The translations under genes were made by a program, and so were the position numbers. A DNA stretch of 64,000 nucleotides, filler included, from Circinaria calcarea (Eukaryota), in the NCBI GenBank assembly GCA_051942165.1. It is 6 parts of 6 records of this genome, joined end to end, with 100 filler letters (N's around TTAATTAATTAA, not from the genome) between each part and the next. Parts side by side here need not be neighbours in the genome. Positions count along the whole stretch, not along the records: positions 32,356 to 43,019 come from JAVECS010000777.1; positions 43,120 to 53,782 come from JAVECS010000778.1; 4 more parts are not named here. One strand, given 5' to 3'. This document shows, piece by piece, positions 38,587-51,404 of this stretch. Numbering within the stretch: the first letter of the stretch is position 1; the number at the start of each line of letters is the position of its first letter. A model generated the notes under the pieces. That model ran no database searches and was not told where the DNA came from. It saw nothing but the letters and a program-made list of their open reading frames with translations.

Positions 38587-39591
38587 AATTTATATATAGT
38601 AGGAAAATGGTATATTGTCGAATGGCCAAAAAGAACAATAATATTTAAACTATGGCTTTGAGAACAATATACACCAAAGACAAAGTGTGATAAGGAGGAA
38701 CATAATGATTATAGGTGTCTCCTAACCCACGCATGCTTTGCCTTAACCTTTTAGCAGCACCTATCATCTCAACGGGTCCCCTGAGGTTACACAGAAACGG
38801 CACAACTACTGCAGCTATCTCTCAACCACTGAATGATCGAATGAATGGACTATGCAAGTTCATTATGTGATGCATGCATATGCAGCTGGGACACTCCCAA
38901 CAAGGCACAGGTTATGAAGGTAGAATGTTAATGCACTGGCAAGGCAAACCCTCATACAGAAGCAGGACGAGACATAAGATCGTATAGATACCTTAGAGCA
39001 AAGCGATCTTCTGACTGGTAATACTATTTCTTAGGCCATTTCGACCTAGACCACAGCAGACACTTCTAGGCCGTATCGGTTTGAAAGGTACATGAATCCA
39101 GGCCTCCTGCTCCTTTGTGAAGCAGGATGTAGAATATCATAACTACTTAAAGATTGGACCCATCGAATTGGGAGATAGCAGGACAGCAGTAAGTCGAGGA
39201 GATAAGAAAAGTGGGAAAGTTACGTGTGCATGTCACATACTTACAGCAAGGCTGTTGTATATGCTGCAAGTCCAGAATAGCCTCGTTGGCATACTGACTT
39301 GGAATACCAGCTGGATGTGGTGGTCGCCCCATCGGGGTGGAGGGCTGCAGTTTTTTCCGTTGTCTTGCTCGACTGGAGTATCATGACTCTGCCTGGGAAT
39401 GCGTAGGTTCTGAACATTGATTCGTGATAACAGGTCCTCAGCCTTGTGCAACCACCAGTGGCAGTGTCATCTACGAATTCATTTCGTTTTCTCCAGAGCG
39501 CTAACTGAGGCATGTAAATACATCTGCCTTCATGCTCTAGAGCGACTCTGCAGGCGAGAGGCTGTATTACACAAACCCCAAATCAGGCTCT

Positions 39592-40314
39592 TCACCAAGG
39601 AATCTCAGCCCCCTCCCTCGAGAAAAACTTCCCCGTATGGTTTTTCCCAAACTTGTCAATCATCGGCATCATCATCTTAACGGCGTCCTCGGCATCAATC
39701 GCCCCCGGCTCCCGCATAGTCGGCACCATCCTCGACTCCACCTTGCCCGGATGGATAATAGTAAAGGTAATCTCAGGCACATCGATGGAGAAGGACTTGA
39801 TCAGCGCGTTCAGGGCAGCCTTGGAGGCACGGTACGCATACTTGGACCCATCGTGATTGGACGCGATTGAACCCATCCTCGATCCCATGATAACGACCTT
39901 GCCGCCTTGCTTCGCCGCCTTGAGGTTCGGGATCAGCGCCCGAATCAACAGAAAGGAGCCCACGACGTTGATCTGCAGCGTCTTCATCATGGTCTCTGCG
40001 TCCATGACTTCCATTGTCTCCGCCGCAGCGGGGTCTTTTTCCTTTTCGGTCATTGCAGGAACGAGGCCGCGGATTGCGGCGCTGTGGATGAAGAGGTCGA
40101 CGGGTTGGCCATTGATGGATTTGATGAATTCATCAACGGAGGATTGAGAGGAGGCGTCGATGGTGTATTCATGGACTTTGGCAGGTACGTCGTGGATCTT
40201 GTCTGGAAATTTGACATCGAGGGCGTAGATGGTGTTGTTTTCATCAGAGGCGAGGAATTTGGCAAAGGTATGGCCGATCCCCGAGCCAGCGCCAGAAATG
40301 ACAATTGTCGGCAT
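39592..40314 (-). CDS. Short-chain dehydrogenase/reductase (CsgA/C-factor-like)
   Basis: SGAGSGIG, INVVGS, SRMGSI, YAYRASKAALN, IHPGKVES; single exon, 240 aa. Confidence 0.92.
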   Translation of the reverse strand: MPTIVISGAGSGIGHTFAKFLASDENNTIYALDVKFPDKIHDVPAKVHEYTIDASSQSSVDEFIKSINGQPVDLFIHSAAIRGLVPAMTEKEKDPAAAETMEVMDAETMMKTLQINVVGSFLLIRALIPNLKAAKQGGKVVIMGSRMGSIASNHDGSKYAYRASKAALNALIKSFSIDVPEITFTIIHPGKVESRMVPTMREPGAIDAEDAVKMMMPMIDKFGKNHTGKFFSREGAEIPW

Positions 40315-40476
40315 TACTGATGGTGCTTTTATCTATTGGTAATGATGAACGAATTCAATTGTAGGGAATTATCCTACCGAAAGAGGATAGAAAATGTACT
40401 CGTTGAACCCTATGACTATTCACATCTGCAGAATGGTGATGTGACGTAACGAGTGACTTCATTTGGTGTAGGCCCG

Positions 40477-42113
40477 TCAGGCTTCTACGTCCGGATGGAC
40501 CTTCTCTAAATCCGCCTTTCCAGCCCCTTCAATCGCCTTTAACAACCCGTCCACCGTCTCCCTCCTTGTGTCCCTATTAACTACCACCCTAAAGAACCTA
40601 CCCTTCTCTCCAGGCGCATAGTCAACCATGAACCCCTCTCTAATTAGACGCCCAGCAATATCCTCCGTCGCTTTCGAGTTGCCCTCCGGTTCAGGAAACA
40701 GCTCTCCGTGAGGAGCGTAGTAGAAGCACACTTGCAAACAGGGTGGAGGGTTCGAAGAGACAAGTTTGAGGTTCGGGTGGGTGGAGATGCATTGGGCCAT
40801 GTAGGCAGCTGTATCAAAGGCTCGGTCGACTTGGCTAGCGTATCCTGTTTTGCCATAATAGATCCAGCCGAGAGCGAGTTTCAACGAGTCGCCTCGCCGG
40901 CCACACTGTAGAGTTAGGTCTGCAAGATCGTACACTTCTGTGTTTTCGTTGGTCCCGGCCTCGCTATGGAACAGGTATCCAGCTGGGAGAGTGTTTGCCT
41001 TGTGGAATTTGTGCATGTCGGCACCTAGGAGAAATGAACAAGTGATAGGAACACCCATCATCTTATGAGGGTTAATTGCGATGGAGTCTGCTTTCTCCGA
41101 ACCTGCCATTTTGTGGGCATGCTTGGAGGAGAATATAGCTGGACCACCCCAGGAGGCATCGATATGGAACCAAAGCTTATGCGCTCTGCAGATTTCGGAT
41201 ATCTCATTGAAAGGGTCGTAAGATCCAAGGACAGTCGTCCCGGCTGTTGCGTTAACGTAGAAAGGTGTGTAGCCCTCTGTTTTTGCCTTTTCGATTTGCG
41301 CTTTGAGCTCCGATGCTTTCATTCGTCCCTCTTCGTCAATAGCAACAGACCAGACAGCAGCACTACCAAACCCAAGCATTTGCGCCGCCTTTTCGATACT
41401 ATAATGGCCGTGAGTGCTTGTAAATAGGATTAGTTTTCGACCTGAAGCAAAATTGCCATGTTCCTTAGTCTCTGGAAACAATGTGTTGCGCGCAATCACG
41501 ATGGAGGTTGTATTCGACGCTGAGCCTCCTTGCACGGAGATGCCTCCAGCGTGAGGTCCGCATAGACCAAATAAATTTGCCAGAGTCTTCGAGGTTGTCT
41601 TTTCGGTGATCGTCAAGGCGGGCGAAACTTGGTAGACGTGAAGGTTTGTATTAAGAACAGCTAAGATGAGCTCAGACGCAACACCCGGAGCGTCTGTTGA
41701 CGCATAGAGTTTGTCAAGGAAACCCTGATCCCAAGTATTTACAGAGTATTGTAGTATCTTCTGCACGAATTTCAGGAATCCGTCTTGTCCTTCACTAACG
41801 TCTGGCAGTTGTAGATCGAGCAATTGTTCTAGCTTTTGTGGTTTGTGATGCTCTACGAGAGCCGTCCTGGGCCCACCTCCTTGAACCGCCAGCCCATGCC
41901 CTGTCGCTTTTGTGCCGGCATCTTCATCCGCTGCTCGTATATACGGGATAATGAGGTCTTGTACAGCATTGAGTAGCTAAATTTGATTAGCCTTTATATA
42001 CAAGTCTATCATCACTGAACTGGAGTTTGACTGACAGTAGAAACCTCGTCCGCACGGTTGAGCATTTGTCTTCGGCTTGACCTATTTGGTATTTCTCCCA
42101 TATCTCCGGACAT
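40477..42113 (-). CDS. Group II PLP-dependent decarboxylase (glutamate/cysteine-sulfinate/aspartate decarboxylase-like); exons 42113-42036, 41976-40477
   Basis: QGGSASN, HYSIEKAA, ATAGTTVLGSYDP, HIDASWGG, NPHKMMG (PLP lysine), TLQCGRRGDSLK. Confidence 0.92.
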
Positions 42114-42312
42114 CGTCAAACACCGAACGGAAAAGAAGCAAGATTAGCAACAAAAAGAAAAAGATTGGGCGTAACAGCAACAAAAAGTTGCAAAGAGAGC
42201 GAGAAAAACAAAATCTTATGTAACATCATCATTGACCGCCTCGTGCATTAGCTGCCGGCGCTATCGTCCAACTAGGAGGTGATCTCTAAACTCTAATTGT
42301 TGCTCCTGAAGT

Positions 42313-43019
42313 TTATTTCCGCTTTGCCTTGTTGGCTGCATACTTTTCTCTTGCCAGCTCAATCCCGCTTTTATTTGTTGCGTCGTAGTTGACCACTCCT
42401 CTGGACTCTGAGTCATTCACACCATTAGCACTGCTCTTAGCCTGGGATATCCATTCGAGTCTGCGTCTCTTGTAGAGATCCATCATCCAGTTCCTCCATA
42501 CCGCTCGCCCAGAGAAAGATTCCTTCAAGGCGGACTCGTACTCCAGCAGCTCTTGCGCGAACCGCTCCCGGATAAAAAACAGACCTTCAGTAGCTGTCCA
42601 AAGCGTATCAACAACATGCGACGCTATTGGATCAACCGCGAGTTCTGACAGGTGTCCTTGAAATCGTTGCACAGTTTGGCGAAGAAATAGCTTCGTCTGA
42701 CCAGAACAGGTAAGAGCCCTCTGCAACACGTGCGTCGCGGTTCGGTTCTTGGCCATTGATACAAGGTCATCTGTTGTCATTGATGTAATACTCTCTGTAA
42801 TCATCTCACGTAACGGACCTGGGGCGTCTAGCATTGCCTGAGCTAACAATGAGGCATGGGTCTTTCCGATATCTTGCACCTCAAGTTGTTTCTTACGCTC
42901 CGGAGCCATACTATCCACATCATGTGCTTCTAACTTCAGCATCTTTAAAAGTATACCAGTACGCTCACCACCGTAACCTCGTAGGATTGCATTTGCAACG
43001 GGATCCGTCTGTACTTGCC
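42313..43019 (-). CDS. NOP9: Nucleolar protein 9 (Pumilio-repeat), C-terminal part
   Basis: HASLLAQAML, ATHVLQRAL, ASHVVDTLW, RERFAQELL...ESFSGRAVWRNWMMDLYKRRRLEW, KSGIELAREKYA. 5'-truncated by the contig end. Confidence 0.88.
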
Positions 43020-43119
43020 NNNNNNNNNNNNNNNNNNNNNNNNNNNNNNNNNNNNNNNNNNNNTTAATTAATTAANNNNNNNNNNNNNNNNNNNNNNNNN
43101 NNNNNNNNNNNNNNNNNNN
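43020..43119. other. Artificial contig-joining spacer
   Basis: N44-TTAATTAATTAA-N44. Confidence 0.98.
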
Positions 43120-44154
43120 TTGACTAGTTCTTGCGGTATTTGCCTTGCACCCTGCTCACCACTGGCTCAGCACTCCTCCACCCATTCCTATTCCCATTCC
43201 CTGCTTCTCTCCTTTCGCGTAGGAGTTTAATTCTCTAGCACCGAGCGCATAAATCTTCGAGCCGTATACAAGTAGAGTGGCAGTAAACCCCCTTCGGCGC
43301 TTGACGGAGAAACATTAGGCCAGAACCAAGCTCCTCACGCCTCGCTCTAATTAGGACCTTCCAGCAGCGGCTTTTCTTCGAGTTTCAAATATTCTGCCAG
43401 TTATAAGCCCGGCATACGGATAACAGTTCGAACTCCCCTCTAGCGACCCGCACGGGCGAGTCCTTACAGGCGGTCACTTGATCCACCAGATTTTAAGGCC
43501 CGCAATTTCAGCCTCCTTCCAATATCAGCCATCTTTTTTTATAATACTTCGAGTCACTTCCTTCCTGCGTTCTAGTTGCATCGCAGTTGAGCTTCATAGG
43601 TCGGACGGATGTATTGAGGTTGTTTCTACGCACGCCTTTTAATAAACCTGTGGCGCATGTAAAGCCACTTTGGCCCTGTCGATTGCATGTGTGTAATAAG
43701 GGTTATTATGTGAGCGAGTGACTGTTGAGCGAAATTTTCGACTAACTATACTGCCACCTCCATTTTCGCTCCTAGACTGCGCGCGATAGTGACGGCGATT
43801 TATATAATAACTCCGGAACATCCTCATCATACGATCTTATAAGTACTGGTCTTCAGCACCATGTAGAGGTGGTCACCGCGCTGGAGTCAGTTCTCTATTT
43901 CAGCTTAGAACTTAGTTTGACTGGGCAGAGAGAGCACCTACTTTAACCACTTGAACACCTGCCATTAACGAGGAATGACGTATTTTCACATGCAGCAATG
44001 CAACTCAGATCCATGCCGAGGTTGATAAGGCAGTGAGCTTCGCATATATTTTTGAACGTCTGCGTTCTGCACTCTGCACTCCTCAACTCTTATACCCAAG
44101 TAAGATCGTAACTGTCAAACGCATAATACCGAACAATCAAATTCATAAGTCGCC

Positions 44155-45475
44155 ATGGCTGAATCTCCGCTAAAGTTGCCACCGGAAGTTATGCAAGTGC
44201 ATAAAATCATCCCCCAGGCGAAGATTCCTGCTTCCCTACTCACGCCTCTTTTAACCAATGGAAAAAGTTCTCTCCCGATAACACCAGAGAAGGAGACCAT
44301 CCAACAAGTCCTACAGATTTTCAAGAGACATCAACAAGGTCTTTGGGAGGATCGAGACTTAATATTATTACCATTACGACCTTCGTCCTACAACAAATTA
44401 CGGGAACAACTCGAGGCCGATGATTCTCTCCGAGAATACGTGGATGATGATATCAGGTAGAGATAACTATTCTTTTAAACGTCTTTAACTAAGTTATTTA
44501 GACTTGAATACGATCCGGTATCAGAATTGTTAACCATCAAGATGCCCTCCAGCCCTGCGCACGAAGCAGTCACTTGGACGATTATCGCATCCGTTTTTAC
44601 ACAACTACAAAAGCTTGGGACGGGAGATGGTCCGGTGGCCACATACGCTCGAGAAATCTTGAACTTGAATACTGCTCGTATCTGGCTTACACATGGTGAA
44701 CTGGTTTTTGAAAAGTCCCCTGATAGTCAGTTTATACATTCAGAGGCGTTTTTCCCTGGAGTAATATTCGAGACTTCATACTCTCAGGATAAGAAAAACC
44801 TGAAAAGGTTAGCCAAGACTTATATATTAGGCTCCAATGGAGATATTCGAGTTGTTGTCGGAATAGATATGGAGTATCCAGATATTTCATCAGCCTCAGT
44901 ATCCCTTTGGCAGGTAAAATATACAAAGGAACCTGATACAACGATGCGCACTGTGGAGGTCGATTCGATAATAGAGGATCAGGTAAGAATCATATGTATA
45001 TTAATATACATAAGTTAAAGCAATATAGGTCATCTCAGACTCCATTAATCAGGACTTCAAGCTTGTTATTACTCTAGACAAGTTTGGGCCCGAGGAACTC
45101 GCCTTGGACTTAAAAAAGACGGCTATCGAAAAAGTCACCATCACTATGACGGATTTGGCTCGAGCTGTTCAACGAGCGAGAGCAGGTCGGTCCAGAGAAA
45201 GTCTGGCTCTAGCTGTTCAACAAGCGAGAGCAGGTCGGTTCAGAGAAAGTCTTCGACCGGCTATTAGGACTATTTCCGAGGTAAACCATACACCAGGTTT
45301 TCCACTAGAGCATGAAAAAGTGTCGGAATCGGACGACTCGAACAGCGAGGCGGAGAGCGGGCGAGAAAACCGGGAAATGGATAAGGATCCTGATTACGAG
45401 GATCCGAGTCCTAAACGATCTTCCGAGTCAAGTGAGGGAAAACCTCATCCATCAAAAAGAAGAGGAAGAAACTGA
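44155..45475 (+). CDS. Fungal PD-(D/E)xK/Uma2-like nuclease-fold protein; exons 44155-44456, 44502-44982, 45029-45475
   Basis: RLEYDP...IKMPSSPAHE, KSPDSQF...PGVIFETSYSQ...LAKTYILGSNGDIRVVVGIDMEY. Two short phase-consistent introns (45 and 46 nt). Confidence 0.7.
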
Positions 45476-45854
45476 ACATTGTCTGTTCTAATGCGGTGGA
45501 GCCAGAAGCAGTTAGTCTGGAAGGCATGGGTTTCGGTACTTCTTTTGGCGCAAGAATCAAAGGACATGCTGCAAGAAAAGTGGTTTTAGGAATTGGACTC
45601 GCTTTTCGCTCCATATCTCAGCCATCCCCCGAGTGCGGAGTATTCTTCCACGGAACAACACAATCCCACACACACACCACACACAAGGCCATAGACCACA
45701 TCTTTCACATAGTTGGTAAGCCATTAATGCTGCCTAACCAGGGGAGCCTGTTGGTTCCTGTATGTTCTGGCTTTTCTAAACGGTTGCTAATTCTGTCTAA
45801 GCCATAGTTAGAATCATCTGCAGTCTATAATCATAAACATGGGAGAAGCTTGAT

Positions 45855-46325
45855 ATGCGCTGGAAAGAATTCGCGCGGCTCCTCTTGGAAATATCCCATA
45901 TCACTGATGTAGAAGTCTCTCCACGCTATGCGTTTGGAGAGATGCGGCTCACACGCCTCAATTTCTGCAGCCGTATCTTCCTAGGAAGGCTTGTTTTCCG
46001 CAACATTACAGGTCAATATTCCACATACTTCGCTGGCTTTTATGGACCTCTGATTTTTATATTTGGACTGCTTAGTATTATACTAAGCAGCATGCAGGTG
46101 ATACTGGCTTCTGATATATTGCCCTCAGGGTCTCATACTCTGACTCCTGCTCACAACATATACCGTAATTTTTCAGCCGGCGCTATTATTTTTATTTGTT
46201 TGATAGGAGGGTTACTTTTCTCGGGTTTAGTGATTGGTATTCTTAGAGAACTGATCTTTGCCTGTCACGATCTGTGGTGTAAAGGACGGACAAACAAATC
46301 TCGTGGCGAAGGAGCAACCATTTGA
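45855..46325 (+). pseudogene. DUF6601-like membrane protein, C-terminal fragment
   Basis: VSPRYAFGEMRLTRLN, FYGPLIFIFGLLSIILSSMQV, plus a second hydrophobic helix. An in-frame stop lies just upstream and no N-terminal half is recognisable. Confidence 0.6.
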
Positions 46326-47301
46326 GAATTTTGTATTGCGGGCCTAAATTGCGAGCGCTCGTCAGCACACAGCTACAACCAAAAGAAATTTCAATTCCTT
46401 TGACCGTCGGATTAGGGTGAGCACAACGGCTTTGAAGAATTACAATCAAGCTATTTTCACTACTAGATTGGATAGAAACTTTCCCTTCACGGTCGCCATC
46501 CGGAAAGATAAAGCTTCATCGGAAGATAATGATAAATCCCCAAAACCTCTTTGGCGAAAGAAGCGAACCGGTCCCAGTAGCTCCCAGACGATAGGCCCCG
46601 TAATTCCAGAACTCCTAGCATAAAACAACCTAAGGGGAAAATATTCCAGCACAAGTTTCCTTGCCGCTTAAGCATTGATCTAATCAAGAATTTAGGGTAC
46701 TGGATGGTCAATGCTCGCCCCTTTGCAATGAACCGAAATAGGTACTGGCATTAGTCGCCTCTTCACCAAATTGATAAGTTATTTATAGCTGGTGTAATAA
46801 TGATGGGCGCTCGTTTGCGAAACAAGATGAGTATAACCTAGTGGGCACAAAGAAGCACCGGATTAGTCGCTGATAGGAGATAGGGAAATTTAACCAACCA
46901 AAAAGTCACTTGGCGGTACGTGAGCAATCAAGCTCAAACAGGAAAATCAGCGGAAAGATGGCCTGGAGACAGTCGGGGCTCTCTCCGCAGGGGAGTTTTT
47001 GCAAAGCAATACGAGATCGAAGATAACCTCCGCGGTTTACTACTTAATGCAAACTAAATTAAATGATGTAAGCAAATCTGTAACTTGTCGGATACACTTG
47101 TGTCTGGTAATTACTGTGAAACGGCTTATTCGTCTTTTAAAACACTTGTTATCAGGATACGGAAGATTATTCAAACATATAGGTTTAGCCGGGCTTCTAT
47201 GCGCCAGCCATATCAGGAGAACCACACACCATCAATTGTCTTTCAGTCCTCGTTTTTCTTTTTTACACGCATCCATTTCCTCGGCGCCGTGGCAACTAAA
47301 T

Positions 47302-47833
47302 ATGACACGTCCTGGATGGCAGACTCTTGCGCAATCCACAGCCATTGTGGATCCGCCCAATTACGTTGCCTGTAATCGAATTTACGGAGAGGGTCTCATA
47401 GCTCAAGAGTGCTACCAAGCCGCCGATCGATTGCCGCATGGAGCTAATCCGAGAGCATACCAAGTAAGACGTGGGGATAATCCACCTCCATATTATACCA
47501 TACCATTCAGTATCCAACAAGGTATGTTGGAGAGATCCCCCCCCGCCCCCCCTTCTCTTCAGTTCGTTCTCTGCAACGCCCGGATTTTAATTATTACGAG
47601 GCGGGTGCTATATCTCCGTTGAAATTGCTGGGCCAACTCTGCTTCCCGCAATCCTGTTAACCCCAGACCGGCTACGTTTGAAAGCCGCGGAAACCATTGA
47701 CGCCTGCGTGAACCGCCAAAATGGTTCGGGGGGCTTTGGGACATATGGGATCGCCAACCTGTTCGGCTACCTCCTCGCCGTCGCCGATTCCCAAGCTCCC
47801 GTTCAGCTTCCCTCGTCAACCGCCTTCGTGACG
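47302..47833 (+). pseudogene. Cys-patterned small-protein family member, apparently truncated (intron 47522-47600)
   Basis: VACNRIYGEGL...C..A...LP, IPFSIQQG/GCYISVEIAG, AAETIDACV....GGFGT. Resembles secreted-type families I associate with lichen fungi. No signal peptide, atypical GAG acceptor, and the frame runs into repeat-like DNA at 47834. Confidence 0.5.
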
Positions 47834-48377
47834 TGTTGGAGCACTTGCCGACTGAATCTTCGGCTAACTGCGGTTATCGGTTGTTGTCGATGTTGTTGTT
47901 GATGTTGCATAATGTGGGGATAGAGGACATTTAATTCATCTCTTGCAGTATTCTGCTGTCCTAGCTAGATCTGGTCCTTTTCTCATAAGATAATTGAGCT
48001 TCCTCAAGCTCCTTCAAGAGTCTTCTTGCTTTACGGACCATCCGTAACCCTTTCGAGGCTGATCGACCGATATTTAGGTCCAAAGGATGGTAAGCGACCT
48101 ATGGTCTTCGGCCAGTGCAAAAATCGCTGCAAGGGAAAACCACACGAATCGAGGCATACCTCCAACACTTAAAGACCACATGGATAGTCGAGAACGCTGC
48201 AGCCAGAGGAACATGGATTAACAACCATAAGGATGCATTATTAGACCGAACGGGACCCAATCAGGCACTCTAGCGTGATCTGCCTTAGATATCGGCTTAG
48301 ATTTCTCAAGCATCCCAGCATATAACTGGATCCTTTCTTCAAATTCGACCAGAATAGAGCTTGCCGGATAATATTTC

Positions 48378-49556
48378 CTAGAGAGCCATTATAACCGCCT
48401 CGAGCTCCGCTCGAAATCGGTGATCTTCGGCAGGAATACTCATTTGCCCGGCTTCAAATTGAGCCCCAAAGCATATATAACGTTCGTCGGACATGCAATA
48501 GATGAATTCTATACAATCCATCAATGTTTCGTCACGAATAAATTCCAAAAACCTTCGCCATGGCTTTATGTATCCGGTGAGATCCACAGCGTCGAGCGTG
48601 ATACGACGCAAGGTGTCTCGATGACGTTTGATGAGAGCGGACAAGTCATCGTAGTGGCAGTCTACGCAACCTAGAAGGAGTATGACTATCCCCTCGATGC
48701 GTAAACCCTGGGCTATCGACGAGAATTGGGCCCGTGTCAGACGCGGCTGAAATGCCAAATCTAGGTCCTTGAGAGACGGAAACAATTTGAGGAAGTCGAG
48801 TAGGCAAGGCTCCCAACCACCCCTATCATCATCAATCTTAAGACCTAACATGAGGCTCAAGGAAGGTAAATTGGAGAAAGGATGACCAAGCATGCCTGAG
48901 GAAAGTCTCGAGAGTTGCTGGATACCAATACCTTCATCCACATCGCTAATGGAGAAGATCTCCAGCATGCAGCCAGATGCATTAATTGCTGCTATAGTCA
49001 TTGATATAAGTTGCTTCACAAAGTCGATGCTTGCTGGTAGTGTCATTCTTGTAGTCAACAGCCGACTTGCTTTGGACTTCTGGAAATTGCGATCGAAGTC
49101 GTCTAACTGGTCACTGACTTCGACAGCAGTGCAGTTTGGCAGATTTTTCAAAGCTAGAGCAAGGCAAGCAGTGGCCTGACCAGACTCTATAAGCCATTTC
49201 TGATCTCTCAGCAACATGGTGTATTGAGGATGATTCGATACCGCCATGCTACGCGCCTCGCTGCCCATGTCCTCGAGCTCAAAATCAAATTCCGCTTCTG
49301 GAATATGATGAATGCAGACGGCTAGAGAAGTAACCGAGGCGCGATATTTTTCAGAAAGAGAGACTTGACGAAGGATTTCCAAACTCTCGATACTGATGAA
49401 GACGTTTCGATGTCGAAAAAAACGCCGAAGAAAAACATAATGTATTGTAGCAGATATGCTTTTGTTGACCAAACGAAAATTTAAAAGGGTTTCAGAATCG
49501 AAGAAGTTTACTGCTTCAATAAGGACTTCTCCCGGCAACCTTTCCAGCAATGACAT
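48378..49556 (-). CDS. F-box domain protein with LRR/RNI-like C-terminus
   Basis: MSLLERLPGEVLIEAV...LLNFRLVNKSI F-box; FPSLKDLDL and HRDTLRRITL repeats; single exon, 392 aa. Confidence 0.8.
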   Translation of the reverse strand: MSLLERLPGEVLIEAVNFFDSETLLNFRLVNKSISATIHYVFLRRFFRHRNVFISIESLEILRQVSLSEKYRASVTSLAVCIHHIPEAEFDFELEDMGSEARSMAVSNHPQYTMLLRDQKWLIESGQATACLALALKNLPNCTAVEVSDQLDDFDRNFQKSKASRLLTTRMTLPASIDFVKQLISMTIAAINASGCMLEIFSISDVDEGIGIQQLSRLSSGMLGHPFSNLPSLSLMLGLKIDDDRGGWEPCLLDFLKLFPSLKDLDLAFQPRLTRAQFSSIAQGLRIEGIVILLLGCVDCHYDDLSALIKRHRDTLRRITLDAVDLTGYIKPWRRFLEFIRDETLMDCIEFIYCMSDERYICFGAQFEAGQMSIPAEDHRFRAELEAVIMAL

Positions 49557-50059
49557 TGCTGTATAGTCACGAGGAAAGCTTGATCCTGGTCAAGAGAGTA
49601 GATGTATCATACTGTTTAAACTGGTTAGTAGGCTGTCTTGCCTATTATGTATGAATCGGAGATGGCGATCTTACGGAGCTTGGCCAAAAGTTATTTCATT
49701 TCAGCCTTTTTGCCGCGTTTGATGAATACTTCATTCGCGGGAAGACCCAAGCACTGTAGGGAAAGGGGAAGTTATAGGTCGTCGCAATTATTTCTTTGAT
49801 TAAACGACATTGCGACATATCTCCACTCAAGGTCTTGCGACCCTCTTTAGCGAGTAGCGACAGCTGTCAGCTTCCAAACGGAATAATTCCGGCCCAAATC
49901 CCGCCTCCATCCGCAGCTTGTCCAACTAGCGCGGAACCCCGCTTCCCCGACCGCTAGTGTACAGCCTTGAAGAGGGCACTAAGATGCACAGCGCAGCGCA
50001 CCTAACTAAAGTAATCCCTAACTAAAGTAATCCGTCGATAATCTTTTTCTGCTGGAATT

Positions 50060-50968
50060 ATGTCTTCTCCTCCTAGACAAAGAAACCATCGAGTCAACGC
50101 CAAGATCTCTCTCCCACAATGCGAAGGACCTAAGCTGCATCCCTTCATCGACGATAGAGCACGCCTTGAGTTTGTCCAACTGCTCTCGGATACGATATTA
50201 GATGCGAACGCATATGTGACTGAGGTTTCTATCGGCGGACAACCGTATGCACTGAAATAGTACGTCTAATAGACTCCATCAAATTGCCCTAGGCTGTCAC
50301 TGAATTTAACTTAGTTCAAATACTACAACGATAAAGAGGACGACCTGGCCTTGGATGAGTTGGAGCGAGATCTAGTTAGCCGACCTGTAGCCGGGAATCC
50401 GGCCCCTTTAGATCATCTTGACTATTACTTCGATCCCTTTTATAACGAGTGTCGCGCCTATGGAAAGCTAGTCGAAGCGAAGCTGAACGGAGAGGTCGCC
50501 GTCCGCTGTCATGGGTATTTGATACTGTCGGCCAAACGAGAGGATGACTTAGATCACCGATTTGCAATCACTGGCTGGAACCGACCGATCGAGGAATACG
50601 ACAAGCTACCATCGAAGAGACAGCCGCTGAGGGCCATAGTCAAGGATTTGGTCCTCGAGGATACCAAATGGAGCCCGTTGGTTGCCAACAAAATGTTAAG
50701 AGACTTAAGAAAAACGCGCAAGCACGAAGTCTATGCGATGGATATCAAGCCTGAAAACTACAAAGGCGGCCTGCTAGTGGATTTTAGCATTGCACTTACC
50801 GACCCACATCTTGTCTTTAAATTCAAGCCGGATTGGCAAGTCGAGGGATATAAGAACGAGGATCTTATAGCTTTCGATCCGATGATACGAGACAAAAAGG
50901 TCAAGACAACGATTCGGGCGGTTCGGAATACTGAAACCACGAGAAAACTCCGATCCTACAAGGGATAA
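50060..50968 (+). pseudogene. FTA2/Sim4-domain kinase-like gene with an apparent 1-nt frameshift at the intron (50260-50314)
   Basis: LPQCEGPKLHPF, YALK, DPFYNECRAYGKL, AVRCHGY, LRAIVKD, DIKPENY, LVDFSIA. Exon 1 ends in phase 2 while exon 2 needs phase 0. Confidence 0.72.
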
Positions 50969-50989
50969 GTATGGTAAGCTAACTGAGAT

Positions 50990-51345
50990 CACCACTATTG
51001 ATGCCTTCCTTAAGGAATTGGAAGACAACAAGGAAATCTGGTGGGATATCGGAGCACGATCCAACCGTGCAGGATTCCAGCAGCTGCCAACCCTAGCAGT
51101 AATCAACGTTCGTTTGGCGGAGAAGCACAGTACACACCCGGTTTGTACATCCGGCCAACAGGGTATCAAGTCTTCGGAAGTCAACCATCAGGGGTTAGCA
51201 ACCGGCTCTTTGCACCGCACCAACTTTTCATACCTCAGTTAAGTTCTTTCCAGCCCCAATCATAGTCCTAGTCAATATGGTCAGCAGTACCAGAACCGTG
51301 CGTACCAACCTCACGGCCACGGCAAGGCGGTTCCAACTGTGAAGA
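50990..51345 (+). mobile_element. Possible degenerate retrotransposon gag fragment
   Basis: TTIDAFLKELEDNKEIWWDIG followed by Gln/Pro/Tyr-rich sequence with stops; adjoins a Gypsy pol relic. Confidence 0.35.
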
Positions 51346-51404
51346 AGTAGAGGCTTAGTTGTCTCTTATAGGGACAGTCGGGTAATATAGAAGAATGGAA
51401 TACG

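Noticed and set aside
47834..48167. Solo LTR bounded by TGTTGGAG...CTCCAACA
   Set aside because: The 8-bp inverted ends are present but the flanks (TGACG vs CTTAA) give no TSD, so it is not supported without other copies.
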